Of a stretch of DNA of 37,680 nt, positions 8,763-16,717 are shown piece after piece (the first letter of the stretch is position 1; every line of letters begins with the position of its first letter). The DNA comes from Candidatus Methylomirabilia bacterium (GTDB lineage: Bacteria; Methylomirabilota; Methylomirabilia; Rokubacteriales; CSP1-6): contig JBGPXN010000027.1 of assembly GCA_041492755.1 (NCBI GenBank), positions 1 to 37,680 on the forward strand, written 5' to 3'. Under the pieces are notes generated by a model, which saw only the letters and a program-made list of their open reading frames with translations, did no database searches and had not been told where the DNA came from. The translations under genes were made by a program, and so were the position numbers.

Positions 8763-9722
8763 TTGATTCAGACGCGCACCGTTCTGCTCTGGAGTGACAA
8801 GCCCGACGTCTACGTCCGCGCGGTGGAGACGGCGGGGCTGGCGTCGTCGTTCGACCTCGAGACCGTCACCTTTCCCACCGATCCGCCTGACGGCGTCCTC
8901 GCCCGCGCGGAGGCCCTGCTGGCGTGGCGGCCAACGAAGGGCTTGGCCACGCGCGCGCCCAAGCTGCGCTGGATCCACTCGCTCACCGGCGGGTGCGAGC
9001 ACTGGCTCGCGTCTCCGGACCTGCCGAAGCACGCCGTGCTGACGTGTGCCCGCGGCTCGCACGTCCCGCAAATGCCCGAGCACATCTTCGCGGGGCTGTT
9101 CGTGGCCAGCAAGGAGATCCCCGGCATCGTGCTCGATCAGCGTGAGCGCCGTTGGCGGCGGCACGTGAACGACACGCTCGCCGGCAAAACGCTCGGCATC
9201 CTCGGCCTCGGCGCCATCGGCTGCGAGGTCGCCCGAAAGGCGGCCGCGTTCGACATGCGCGTCATCGGCACCAAGCGCGATCCCGGCCCCGTGCCCCACG
9301 TCGCGCAGGTGTTCGGCGCCGACGGCAACGAGCGCGTGCTGGCGGAAGCGGACTACGTCCTGCTGCTGCTGCCGGCGACCGCCGAGACGCGCGGCCTGAT
9401 CAATACCAGGACGCTCGATCTCATGAAGTCGAGCGCCTGGCTGCTGAACTTTGGCCGCGGCGACCTGGTGGTGGATGCGGACCTCGTCGCGGCCGTGAGC
9501 GCCCGCCGCATCGCGGGCGCCGTGCTCGACGTGTTCGTGCAGGAGCCGCTGCCGGAGAGCTCGCCGCTCTGGACGACGGAGAACATCGTGATCTTCCCGC
9601 ACGTCGGCGGCCTCCACCCGCAGCGCGACGATCTCGTCGCCACGCTCTGGGTCCAGAACCTCCGCCGCTTCGCCGCCGGTGAGCCGTTACGCGACGTCGT
9701 CGATCCCGCCCGCGGATATTAA
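8763..9722 (+). CDS. D-2-hydroxyacid dehydrogenase (NAD(P)-dependent)
   Basis: Motifs KTLGILGLGAIG, LLPATAETRGLIN, LNFGRG, AVLDVFVQEPLP, PHVGG. TTG start at 8763 inferred because the upstream part of the called ORF is repeat DNA and moeB. Confidence 0.85.
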   Translation: MIQTRTVLLWSDKPDVYVRAVETAGLASSFDLETVTFPTDPPDGVLARAEALLAWRPTKGLATRAPKLRWIHSLTGGCEHWLASPDLPKHAVLTCARGSHVPQMPEHIFAGLFVASKEIPGIVLDQRERRWRRHVNDTLAGKTLGILGLGAIGCEVARKAAAFDMRVIGTKRDPGPVPHVAQVFGADGNERVLAEADYVLLLLPATAETRGLINTRTLDLMKSSAWLLNFGRGDLVVDADLVAAVSARRIAGAVLDVFVQEPLPESSPLWTTENIVIFPHVGGLHPQRDDLVATLWVQNLRRFAAGEPLRDVVDPARGY

Positions 9723-9724
9723 GC

Positions 9725-9820
9725 TCGGAGGGGGGTTCTGCCCCCCTTCCGACGCTCCGCGGGCCTACGGCCCGCTCCGCTGCCTCCCCCCAGGATCGCG
9801 CCGGCAAAGCCGGCGCTCGA
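9725..9820. repeat. Three-hairpin REP-like element related to the 8608/13921 family
   Basis: Hairpins tcggagggggg-ttctg-ccccccttccga (9725-9752), gcgggcc-tac-ggcccgc (9759-9775) and gcgccggc-aaa-gccggcgc (9798-9816), followed by tcga. Confidence 0.65.
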
Positions 9821-9941
9821 AGCGTGGAAGATGTCGGAACAGGAGATTCAGAACAGCGGGTAAGCGGCCATCGACGCGGGCGCGAGCAGACCACTCGCTG
9901 GCGCACGAGGGACGAACGGCGTACGCTTCGGCGAATCCTAC

Positions 9942-10604
9942 ATGTCTTCGCATGCACTGAGGCTCGACCAGGACCGCGTGCCCCCGGGGGCTCGCCTGTC
10001 ACTCGGGCCGTTCACGCGCGTGCTGTATGTCGTGGAGGGGGCCGTCGTCGTGGAGACGGACAGCGAGCCGGCACGGGTCGGGGCGGGCGCGGCCTGGTTC
10101 GGGACCGGCGCGGCGCGCGTGCGCGCGGAGACGCCGGCGCGGATCTTGCGCTACGAGCTTCGCCCCGGATCGCCGATCGGCACCGAGGAGGCTGGCGTGG
10201 GCGGCGCGACGGTCCACCCGTTGCTCGAGCAGCCGATCGCGCTCGACCCCAACGGCGAGTACCTGCTGCGCTGTGACCGGGTGGACTTCGCGCCCGGCGG
10301 CGAGGCGATGCCCCACGGCCACAAGGGCGGCGGCATTCGCTGCCTCATTGCCGGCGAGCTGACGGTGCAGGTCGGCGATCAGCCACCGCGGGTCATGAAG
10401 CCCGGCGACGCCTGGTTCGAAGGCGGCGTCGAGCCCGTGCACGCGATCGCGTCAGCCCGAGAGCCGACCAGCTTCATCCGCGCGTCGATCCTGCCCCGCG
10501 CGATCCGGGGCCAGTCGTCGATCGTCTACGTCGACCCCGCCCACGCCGCCGTGAAACCGCGCAAGTACACCGTCTTCGTCGACGAGCCGATCAGCCTGCC
10601 GTGA
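9942..10604 (+). CDS. Cupin-domain protein (probable bicupin)
   Basis: C-terminal cupin motif FAPGGEAMPHGHKGGGIRCLIAGELTV...PGDAWFE...VHA. N-terminal degenerate cupin (LYVVEGAV). Confidence 0.7.
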   Translation: MSSHALRLDQDRVPPGARLSLGPFTRVLYVVEGAVVVETDSEPARVGAGAAWFGTGAARVRAETPARILRYELRPGSPIGTEEAGVGGATVHPLLEQPIALDPNGEYLLRCDRVDFAPGGEAMPHGHKGGGIRCLIAGELTVQVGDQPPRVMKPGDAWFEGGVEPVHAIASAREPTSFIRASILPRAIRGQSSIVYVDPAHAAVKPRKYTVFVDEPISLP

Positions 10605-11101
10605 CGAGGAGCCGCGGCCCGGCGCTGCCACCCAGCCTGCTGGAGCGTCTCTCGCAGCGCGACGTCCGCGCCCACCTCGGTGTCGGACTGCCGTTCGTGA
10701 CGGTGGACGACGCCGACCGCCCGCATCCGATGCTGCTCTCGTATCTCGAGCTCCGCGCGTACGACGCGGGCAGCGTGGGCCTGGTGATCCAGCGGACGAG
10801 CCGGAGCGCGCGCAATCTTGTCGCGCGCGGCACCGGCACGCTGCTCGTGGTCGATCCCACGACGATCGCCTACGTGAAGGCGCGCGCGGTGGACGGCCCG
10901 CTGCCGGTGGCGGGCGGCGAAGAGTTCGGTCTCGGCTACTTCCTGCTCGCCGTCGAGGACGTGCTGGAGGACGCGGCGGCGGAGTGGGAAGGCGGCATGC
11001 GGATCACCAGCGCCATCACGTACCACCCGGTCCCCACGCTCGCCGAGCCGTGGGCCCGGGCCACCCTGGCCGCCCTCGCCGACCCCCGCGCCCGCGCCTG
11101 A
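10601..11101 (+). CDS. Pyridoxamine 5'-phosphate oxidase-like flavin-binding split-barrel protein
   Basis: Motifs FVTVDDADRPHPMLLS and SRSARNL.RG..TLLVVD. GTGA overlap with the upstream cupin. Confidence 0.6.
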   Translation: MTRSRGPALPPSLLERLSQRDVRAHLGVGLPFVTVDDADRPHPMLLSYLELRAYDAGSVGLVIQRTSRSARNLVARGTGTLLVVDPTTIAYVKARAVDGPLPVAGGEEFGLGYFLLAVEDVLEDAAAEWEGGMRITSAITYHPVPTLAEPWARATLAALADPRARA

Positions 11102-11131
11102 AGACCGCGCGGGGAGGGGGGTCAGTTCTAC

Positions 11132-11731
11132 TCAAATCCGCGCGACCGCCTTCGCGACGTCGTCCAGGGATCGCACGTGCACGGCCGGCATGCCGATGGC
11201 CAGCGCGCCCTCGACGTTCTCCCGGGTGTCGTCGAAAAAGAGGATGCGCTCGAGCGGGACGCGGATGTCGGCCGCGATCGCGGCGAACGCCTCGGGCTCC
11301 GGTTTGCGTCGTCCGAGATCGGAGGAGACGAAGACCTTCCGGAAGCGCGCGAACGTGGCGGCGTACCGGGTCCGGCAGAACGCCAGGTGGGTCGGATTGG
11401 TGTTGGTGAAGGCATAGAGCGGCAGACGGGCTTCGAGGGAGCGGAGCAGCGCCTGGGCCCCGGGAACCTCGCCCACGTAGATCGCCGTCCAGCCATCCGC
11501 AAACTCTGCGTCCGAGAGGTCGATGCCGAGCGAGGAGCGGAGGGAGGCGAAGTACTCGGCCGCGCCGATCTCTCCACGCTCGTGACGTCGATAGAAGACG
11601 TCGAACGAGAAGCGCGACCGGATCGCCTCCGGGGTCACCCGCGCGGCCGCGGCCCAGCGCGCGAAGGCGAGGCCGAAGTCGATGTCGATGACGACGCCCC
11701 CGAGATCGAAGAGGAGGGCGTCGACGCCCAT
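11132..11731 (-). CDS. HAD-superfamily phosphatase (YihX-like)
   Basis: Motifs LLFDLGGVVIDID, FTNTN, RKPEPEAF, FFDD..ENV. Real start is ATG 11731 within the longer called ORF. Confidence 0.85.
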   Translation of the reverse strand: MGVDALLFDLGGVVIDIDFGLAFARWAAAARVTPEAIRSRFSFDVFYRRHERGEIGAAEYFASLRSSLGIDLSDAEFADGWTAIYVGEVPGAQALLRSLEARLPLYAFTNTNPTHLAFCRTRYAATFARFRKVFVSSDLGRRKPEPEAFAAIAADIRVPLERILFFDDTRENVEGALAIGMPAVHVRSLDDVAKAVARI

Positions 11732-11754
11732 GGCTTCCGACTCCGGATGGCGCG

Positions 11755-12825
11755 CTACTTCTCGGCCTCGACCGGCTCCTTGTACTTGCCGATGGTGACT
11801 TCGAGGCTGGTTTCCTCGCCGTTGCGCAGCACCTTCACGCGGACGGTCTTGCCGACCGGCGTGGAGGCGACGACCCGCTGCAGATCGCGCGGACTCTCCA
11901 GGCGCGTACCGTCGACGTCGACGATCACGTCGTTGGCCTTCACGCCGCCCTTCTCGGCCGGCTCGCCGGGCATCACGGATCGGATGAGCACGCCCGTGGG
12001 CTCGCGCAGCTTCAGGCGCTCGAGGTCCTCGTCGGTCACTTCGGTGATGCTGACGCCGAGCCAACCCCACTCCACCTGGCCCTTGGCCACGAGCTCCGGC
12101 ACGAGCATCTTCACGAGGTTCGACGGAATGGCGAAGCCGATCGAGCCGTTGCGGGCCGCCATGCTGTTCACGCCGATCACTTCGCCCGACATGCTGACCA
12201 GCGGGCCGCCGGAGTTGCCGGGATTGATGGCGGCGTCGGTCTGGATGAAGTCGAAGCCGGGCGCGGCCACCGTCAGCGGCGCGCCTTTCCGGCTCACGAT
12301 CCCGAACGACACGGTGTACTCGAGCCCGAACGGATGACCGAGGGCGAGCACGAACTCACCGACGCGCAGCCGGTTGGAATCGCCGAGGGCCAGGGTCGGC
12401 AGCGGCCCGGCGCCGTCGATCTTGAGCAGCGCCAGGTCCACGCGGTTGTCGCGGCCGATCACCCTGGCCGTGAAGCGCCGGTTGTCGTACAGCCGCACCT
12501 GCACCGTGTCCACGCCTTCCACCACGTGCGCATTCGTCACGATCGTGCCGTTCTCGTCGACGATGAAGCCGGAGCCCGCGCTGCGGCGCGGCTCGCTCGG
12601 CTCGCCGGAGTCGTCCTTCGCGGGCGCGACGCGGCGCACCCGGACGTGCACGAGCGCGGGCTTCAGGCGATCGGCCAGGTCCGCGAGCAGCTCGTTGAAG
12701 CGGGCAAGCTCGGGGGCCATGGACGGCGACGCCTTCAGGGGCTCGGCCGCGAAACCGGGCGGGATGACGACGACGCTGGCGAACAGGAGCGCGAGAGCGG
12801 ACAGCACGCGGCGCAGCTCGGTCAT
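11755..12825 (-). CDS. HtrA/DegP-family serine protease with PDZ domain
   Basis: Intact triad motifs VTNAHVV, DLALL, TDAAINPGNSGGPL plus PDZ. SD aaggaggg precedes ATG 12825. Confidence 0.92.
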   Translation of the reverse strand: MTELRRVLSALALLFASVVVIPPGFAAEPLKASPSMAPELARFNELLADLADRLKPALVHVRVRRVAPAKDDSGEPSEPRRSAGSGFIVDENGTIVTNAHVVEGVDTVQVRLYDNRRFTARVIGRDNRVDLALLKIDGAGPLPTLALGDSNRLRVGEFVLALGHPFGLEYTVSFGIVSRKGAPLTVAAPGFDFIQTDAAINPGNSGGPLVSMSGEVIGVNSMAARNGSIGFAIPSNLVKMLVPELVAKGQVEWGWLGVSITEVTDEDLERLKLREPTGVLIRSVMPGEPAEKGGVKANDVIVDVDGTRLESPRDLQRVVASTPVGKTVRVKVLRNGEETSLEVTIGKYKEPVEAEK

Positions 12826-12951
12826 GCGGGACCCTCCTTGTGGAGGCCAACAGTATAGCGTGGTCGTGGCGGTCCACCGCCGTCGGCGACCGAGCGTCGG
12901 GGCGAGGCGAGTGCCCACTCTCGCGCCACCGAGTGACGCGGGCGACGGGGA

Positions 12952-13311
12952 TCAGGGACCGAGTCGACTGTCGGGCGGAGGGCGAACGCCGGCGGGAACG
13001 CTGAGGCATCCGCCGGTTGGCCCGTAGCAGGCGGGCAGGGGCGGAGCGTAGTATTCACGCTCGCTGATGCGCCGCTCCCAGTGGCCGGGCACGAGCAACG
13101 GCCCCGGCTCACCCGGGACGTCGACGTACCGATTTGGCACGTAGACCGTGTCCGGACGGACCACCTCCGGCGCCGCCGGCACCGACAACGGCCGGGTCAC
13201 CGACCGCACGATCGAATCGATCGCGGTGGAGGACGGCGTCCGCCCACCGACGCCACCACCGATCTGCAGCGCCATGAGCGCCAGCGGGATCCACCTCATC
13301 GCGCGAGTCAT
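12952..13311 (-). CDS. Hypothetical Pro-rich secreted protein
   Basis: 119 aa with a hydrophobic N-terminus and a VPGHWE motif. TACAAT lies 6 nt upstream of ATG 13311. Confidence 0.55.
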   Translation of the reverse strand: MTRAMRWIPLALMALQIGGGVGGRTPSSTAIDSIVRSVTRPLSVPAAPEVVRPDTVYVPNRYVDVPGEPGPLLVPGHWERRISEREYYAPPLPACYGPTGGCLSVPAGVRPPPDSRLGP

Positions 13312-13388
13312 CGCCTCATTGTACCTATTCGTATGACGCGGGGAGTGCCGGTTCCCTTTCACCCGCCGGCACCATGTTGGCCCGGAGA

Positions 13389-13916
13389 CTATCGATTGAC
13401 CTCGCGCACGAGATGGCCGAGCTCCGGGTTCAGCAGCTTCTCGATGGCCAGGCGGCACGCGTTCGGCGAGCCGGGCAGCGAGACCACGATGCGCTTGGCG
13501 CAGATCCCCATCTGCGCGCGCGACAGCATCGCGGCGGGGCCGACTTCCTGATAGGACAGCATCCGGAACAGCTCGCCGAAGCCCGGCAGTCGCTTGTCGA
13601 GCAGCGCCTCGATCGCCTCGTACGTGGAATCGCGCGTGGTGATCCCGGTGCCGCCGGTCGTGATCACCACCTGCACGCCGGGGTGCGCGCACGCCTGGCG
13701 GACGAGCTGGCCGACGTCGGCCGGCTCGTCGCGCACGATTCCCGAGCCGATCACCCGGTGGCCGGCGCCGGCCAGCAGCTCACGGATCAGCGCCCCGCTC
13801 GTGTCGGTCGCCTCGGTCTTGGAATCCGAGATCGTGAGGACCCAGCAGCCAACCGAGCGCGGCGCGTGCGCCTTGTGCTCGGCCGGCGTGGACGGGGAGG
13901 CGGAAATCTCGCTCAC
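13389..13916 (-). CDS. moaB: Molybdenum cofactor biosynthesis protein B (MoaB/MogA family)
   Basis: Motifs VLTISD...DTSG, ITTGGTG..RDST.EA, PGFGELFR, AMLSRA, SLPGSPNA. GTG start overlaps the glcF stop (GTGA). Confidence 0.9.
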   Translation of the reverse strand: MSEISASPSTPAEHKAHAPRSVGCWVLTISDSKTEATDTSGALIRELLAGAGHRVIGSGIVRDEPADVGQLVRQACAHPGVQVVITTGGTGITTRDSTYEAIEALLDKRLPGFGELFRMLSYQEVGPAAMLSRAQMGICAKRIVVSLPGSPNACRLAIEKLLNPELGHLVREVNR

Positions 13917-15367
13917 GTTGGTGTATCGAGGAGCGCCCCGGGTTCCCCGGGGTGCTCCGAGGGTGGGGGGGTATCGCGGAGTGCCCCAGGTTCCCTGGGG
14001 CACTCCGAGCGCGGGGGGGTATGGGGGGCCATATCGGGGCCCCCCATCTCCATGCACGCCCGATCCAGCAGCTCCACGATGTGGAGCACGCGGATTGGCG
14101 AGCCGTGCGCCCGCAGTCCCTGCTCGATCTGGAGAATGCACCCGGGGTTCGCGGTGACCACCGCCTCGGCGCCGGTGGCCAGGACGTGGCTCACCTTGCG
14201 GTGGAGCAGCCGCGTTGCCATCTCGGGCTGGGTGAGGTTGTAGATCCCGGCGGAGCCGCAGCACCAGTCCGACTCCGTCAGGTCGATCACGCGCAGCCCG
14301 GGGATCTGCGCGAGCAGCTGCCTCGGCGCCGCGCGAATCTTCTGGCCGTGCACGACGTGACAGGGATCGTGATAGGTCACGGTCATCGGCACGGGCTGGA
14401 GCGGCCCGCGTAACGGCGCGCGCGCGAGGAACTCGGAGACGTCTTTCACCGAGGCCGCGAACCGCCGCGCGCGCTCGGCCCAGGCGGAATCGTCCTCCAG
14501 CAGGGTGCCGTACGCCTTCATGTGCGCGCCGCACCCGGAGGTGTTCACCACGAGGGCATCGACGCTCGCGGGCTCGAACACTTCGATGGTCCGCTTGGCC
14601 ATCTCCACCGCCCGCGCGTGGTCGCCGCCGTGCGCGTTGAGCGCGCCGCAACAGCCCTGCTCCGGCGGCGCCACCACGTCGTAGCCGTTGCGAGCGAGCA
14701 CGCGGGCCGTCGCGCGGTTGTGGGCGCCGAAGATCACCGACTGCACGCAGCCGGTGAGCAAGGCAACGCGGCCCCGCCGGTCGCCTTGGGCGGGGACGAG
14801 TGCCGGCAGCGGCGCGCGCTCGGCGCCCGACGGCAGTCGCGGCAGCAGTGCCTCCCACGCCGACAACGTGCCCGGCAGCAAGCGTACGAGCCCGGAGCGT
14901 CGAACGAGCGCCTGCAGCCCGCTCGCCTGGTACAACCGCAGCCCCGCCGCCGCGGCAGCGAGGACGCGCCGGTGGCCGAGCAACACCCCGAAGTTGAGCC
15001 AGCGGAACACGCGGCGTCCGACGTGACCCGGCCGCGCACGCTCGATCTCCGCCTTGGCGGCCTCGATCAGCCGCCCGTAGGGAACACCGGCCGGGCACAC
15101 GGTCTCGCACGCGCGGCAGTCGAGACAGAGCGACAGGTGCTCGACGACGGAGTCGCTCAGCGACAGCCGTCCCTCGGCGAGCGACTTGACGAGGAAGATG
15201 CGCCCGCGCGGCGAGTCCATCTCCGTGCCCAGCTCGGCGAACGTCGGGCAGGACGCCAGGCAGAGCCCGCAGTGCACGCACTGGTTCACGCCTTCGACCG
15301 AGAGTCCGTGCAGGTGCAGCGGCCCCGCGGGCCGGGGCGGCGCGTCGTGGGTGGCGGTTGGATCCAT
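13913..15367 (-). CDS. glcF: Glycolate oxidase iron-sulfur subunit, with repeat-derived C-terminal tail
   Basis: Motifs CVHCGLCLASCPT, CLDCRACETVCP, CCGAL, YHDPCH, CCGSAG.YN, ANPGC. Follows glcD and glcE. Confidence 0.88.
   Translation of the reverse strand: MDPTATHDAPPRPAGPLHLHGLSVEGVNQCVHCGLCLASCPTFAELGTEMDSPRGRIFLVKSLAEGRLSLSDSVVEHLSLCLDCRACETVCPAGVPYGRLIEAAKAEIERARPGHVGRRVFRWLNFGVLLGHRRVLAAAAAGLRLYQASGLQALVRRSGLVRLLPGTLSAWEALLPRLPSGAERAPLPALVPAQGDRRGRVALLTGCVQSVIFGAHNRATARVLARNGYDVVAPPEQGCCGALNAHGGDHARAVEMAKRTIEVFEPASVDALVVNTSGCGAHMKAYGTLLEDDSAWAERARRFAASVKDVSEFLARAPLRGPLQPVPMTVTYHDPCHVVHGQKIRAAPRQLLAQIPGLRVIDLTESDWCCGSAGIYNLTQPEMATRLLHRKVSHVLATGAEAVVTANPGCILQIEQGLRAHGSPIRVLHIVELLDRACMEMGGPDMAPHTPPRSECPREPGALRDTPPPSEHPGEPGALLDTPT
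13923..14047 (-). repeat. Composite palindromic repeat, copy B (reverse orientation, inside the glcF 3' end)
   Basis: Head atggggggcc-ccgatat-ggccccccat on the minus strand (14021-14047). Hairpin units at 13977-14007 and 13930-13958 with a 48-bp period. Confidence 0.85.
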
Positions 15368-15377
15368 GTCCCTCCGC

Positions 15378-16703
15378 TCAGATTCCGGCGACGAAGCGGC
15401 CGGGATTCAGGACGTTGGCCGGATCGAGCTGGCGCTTGATCCGCTGCATGATCCGGCCGGCCGCGCCGGCGTCGTCCCACACCGGGACCGCGCCCTTCAC
15501 CGCGAGGGGCGCCCACTCCAGCACGGCGTGACCGCCGCTCGCGCGCGCCATGCTGCGCCACTCCTCGAGCACGGCCACCACCGGGGTGAGCTGCGCCGGG
15601 GCCGGTTGAGCGAACACGGCCGCGCGCACGACGCCGACACCGGCGTGCGCGGCCCAGGCCGTCGGCAACCCCCGCTGGCGGGCGACGCCGGCTCCCTGTT
15701 CCATCGTCTCGGCCACCAGCGTCGGCAGGACCGACAGCTTGACGACCGCGGCCGGCGTCTCGAACGCGGCCCGCGCGGCGTCGCCGAGACGGCTCCACGC
15801 GCCCGGGTCCACCGGACGCGCGTCCCCGCCCCCACAGGCGGCCGTGAGGGTCGGAAGCTGCGCGCACTGCCAGTCCACCTGTTCCGGCACGCCGTCGAAG
15901 CCGACCACCAGCGTCGCGCCCTGGCCCGGGCACGTCAGTCCCACGGCGCGGCTCGCCTCGGCGTCGAGAATCTCCAGCGCGGTCGGGATCAGGTCCGAGC
16001 CCATGATCGCCCGCACGGCGACGCCGGCGTCCTTGAGGCGCTCGAAGGGTACCGCCACCAGCCGCTCGTCGTCCGGAAGCGGCCGCAGCTTCACGGTCAC
16101 CTCGACGAGGATGCCGAGCGTGCCGTACGAGCCGATGAAGAGCTTCGGCAGATCGTAGCCCGCGACGTTCTTCACGACCTTGCCGCCGCCGCGCACGATC
16201 GCGCCTTCGCCGGTCACCACGGTGGCGCCGATGACCAGATCGCGCGCCGTTCCGTAGAGCTGGCGGCGCGGGCCCGCGGCGTTGGCGGCGAGCACGCCGC
16301 CCACGGTGGCGCGATCGGCGTCCGGTGGATCGAGCGAGAGCCACTGGCCGCGGGCCCGGAGCGCCGTCTGCAGCGCGGCCACCGTCATGCCGGCCTGCAC
16401 GGTCGCGGTGAGATCGCCGGGCTCGTGTTCGACGAGCGCGTTCAGCCGCCCCAGCCCGAGCACGATCGCCGGCCGCGAGACGGGCGTACCGACGGCGGCG
16501 GCCGTTCCGCCGCCCCAGGCGATGACGGGGACGCCGGCGTTTCCAGCCGTCTCGACGACGGCGCGGACTTCCTCCAGCGAGCCGGGGAACACGGCGGCTT
16601 CGGGCGTGCGGCCCTCGACGACGAACGCGGACAGCGCGACGCCGCTCCGGACGTGCTCGGCGCCGACGATGCTGCGGATCTTGTCGAGGGGTGCTGCCGG
16701 CAC
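15378..16703 (-). CDS. glcE: Glycolate oxidase FAD-binding subunit E
   Basis: Motifs HEPGDLTATVQAG, LDPP, TVGGVLAAN..GP.R..YG..RD, GGKVVKNVAGYDL.KLFIGSYGTLG, LDP..VLNPGR. GTG start at 16703 inferred. Confidence 0.85.
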   Translation of the reverse strand: MPAAPLDKIRSIVGAEHVRSGVALSAFVVEGRTPEAAVFPGSLEEVRAVVETAGNAGVPVIAWGGGTAAAVGTPVSRPAIVLGLGRLNALVEHEPGDLTATVQAGMTVAALQTALRARGQWLSLDPPDADRATVGGVLAANAAGPRRQLYGTARDLVIGATVVTGEGAIVRGGGKVVKNVAGYDLPKLFIGSYGTLGILVEVTVKLRPLPDDERLVAVPFERLKDAGVAVRAIMGSDLIPTALEILDAEASRAVGLTCPGQGATLVVGFDGVPEQVDWQCAQLPTLTAACGGGDARPVDPGAWSRLGDAARAAFETPAAVVKLSVLPTLVAETMEQGAGVARQRGLPTAWAAHAGVGVVRAAVFAQPAPAQLTPVVAVLEEWRSMARASGGHAVLEWAPLAVKGAVPVWDDAGAAGRIMQRIKRQLDPANVLNPGRFVAGI

Positions 16704-16717
16704 GGGACAGCCCCGCG

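Noticed and set aside
8608..14047. Repeat copies as a Moco-specific regulatory RNA because they flank moeB and moaB
   Set aside because: One copy is downstream of moeB and the other is inside glcF. Two copies of a likely abundant repeat cannot establish the association, and it does not resemble the Moco riboswitch as far as I can tell.
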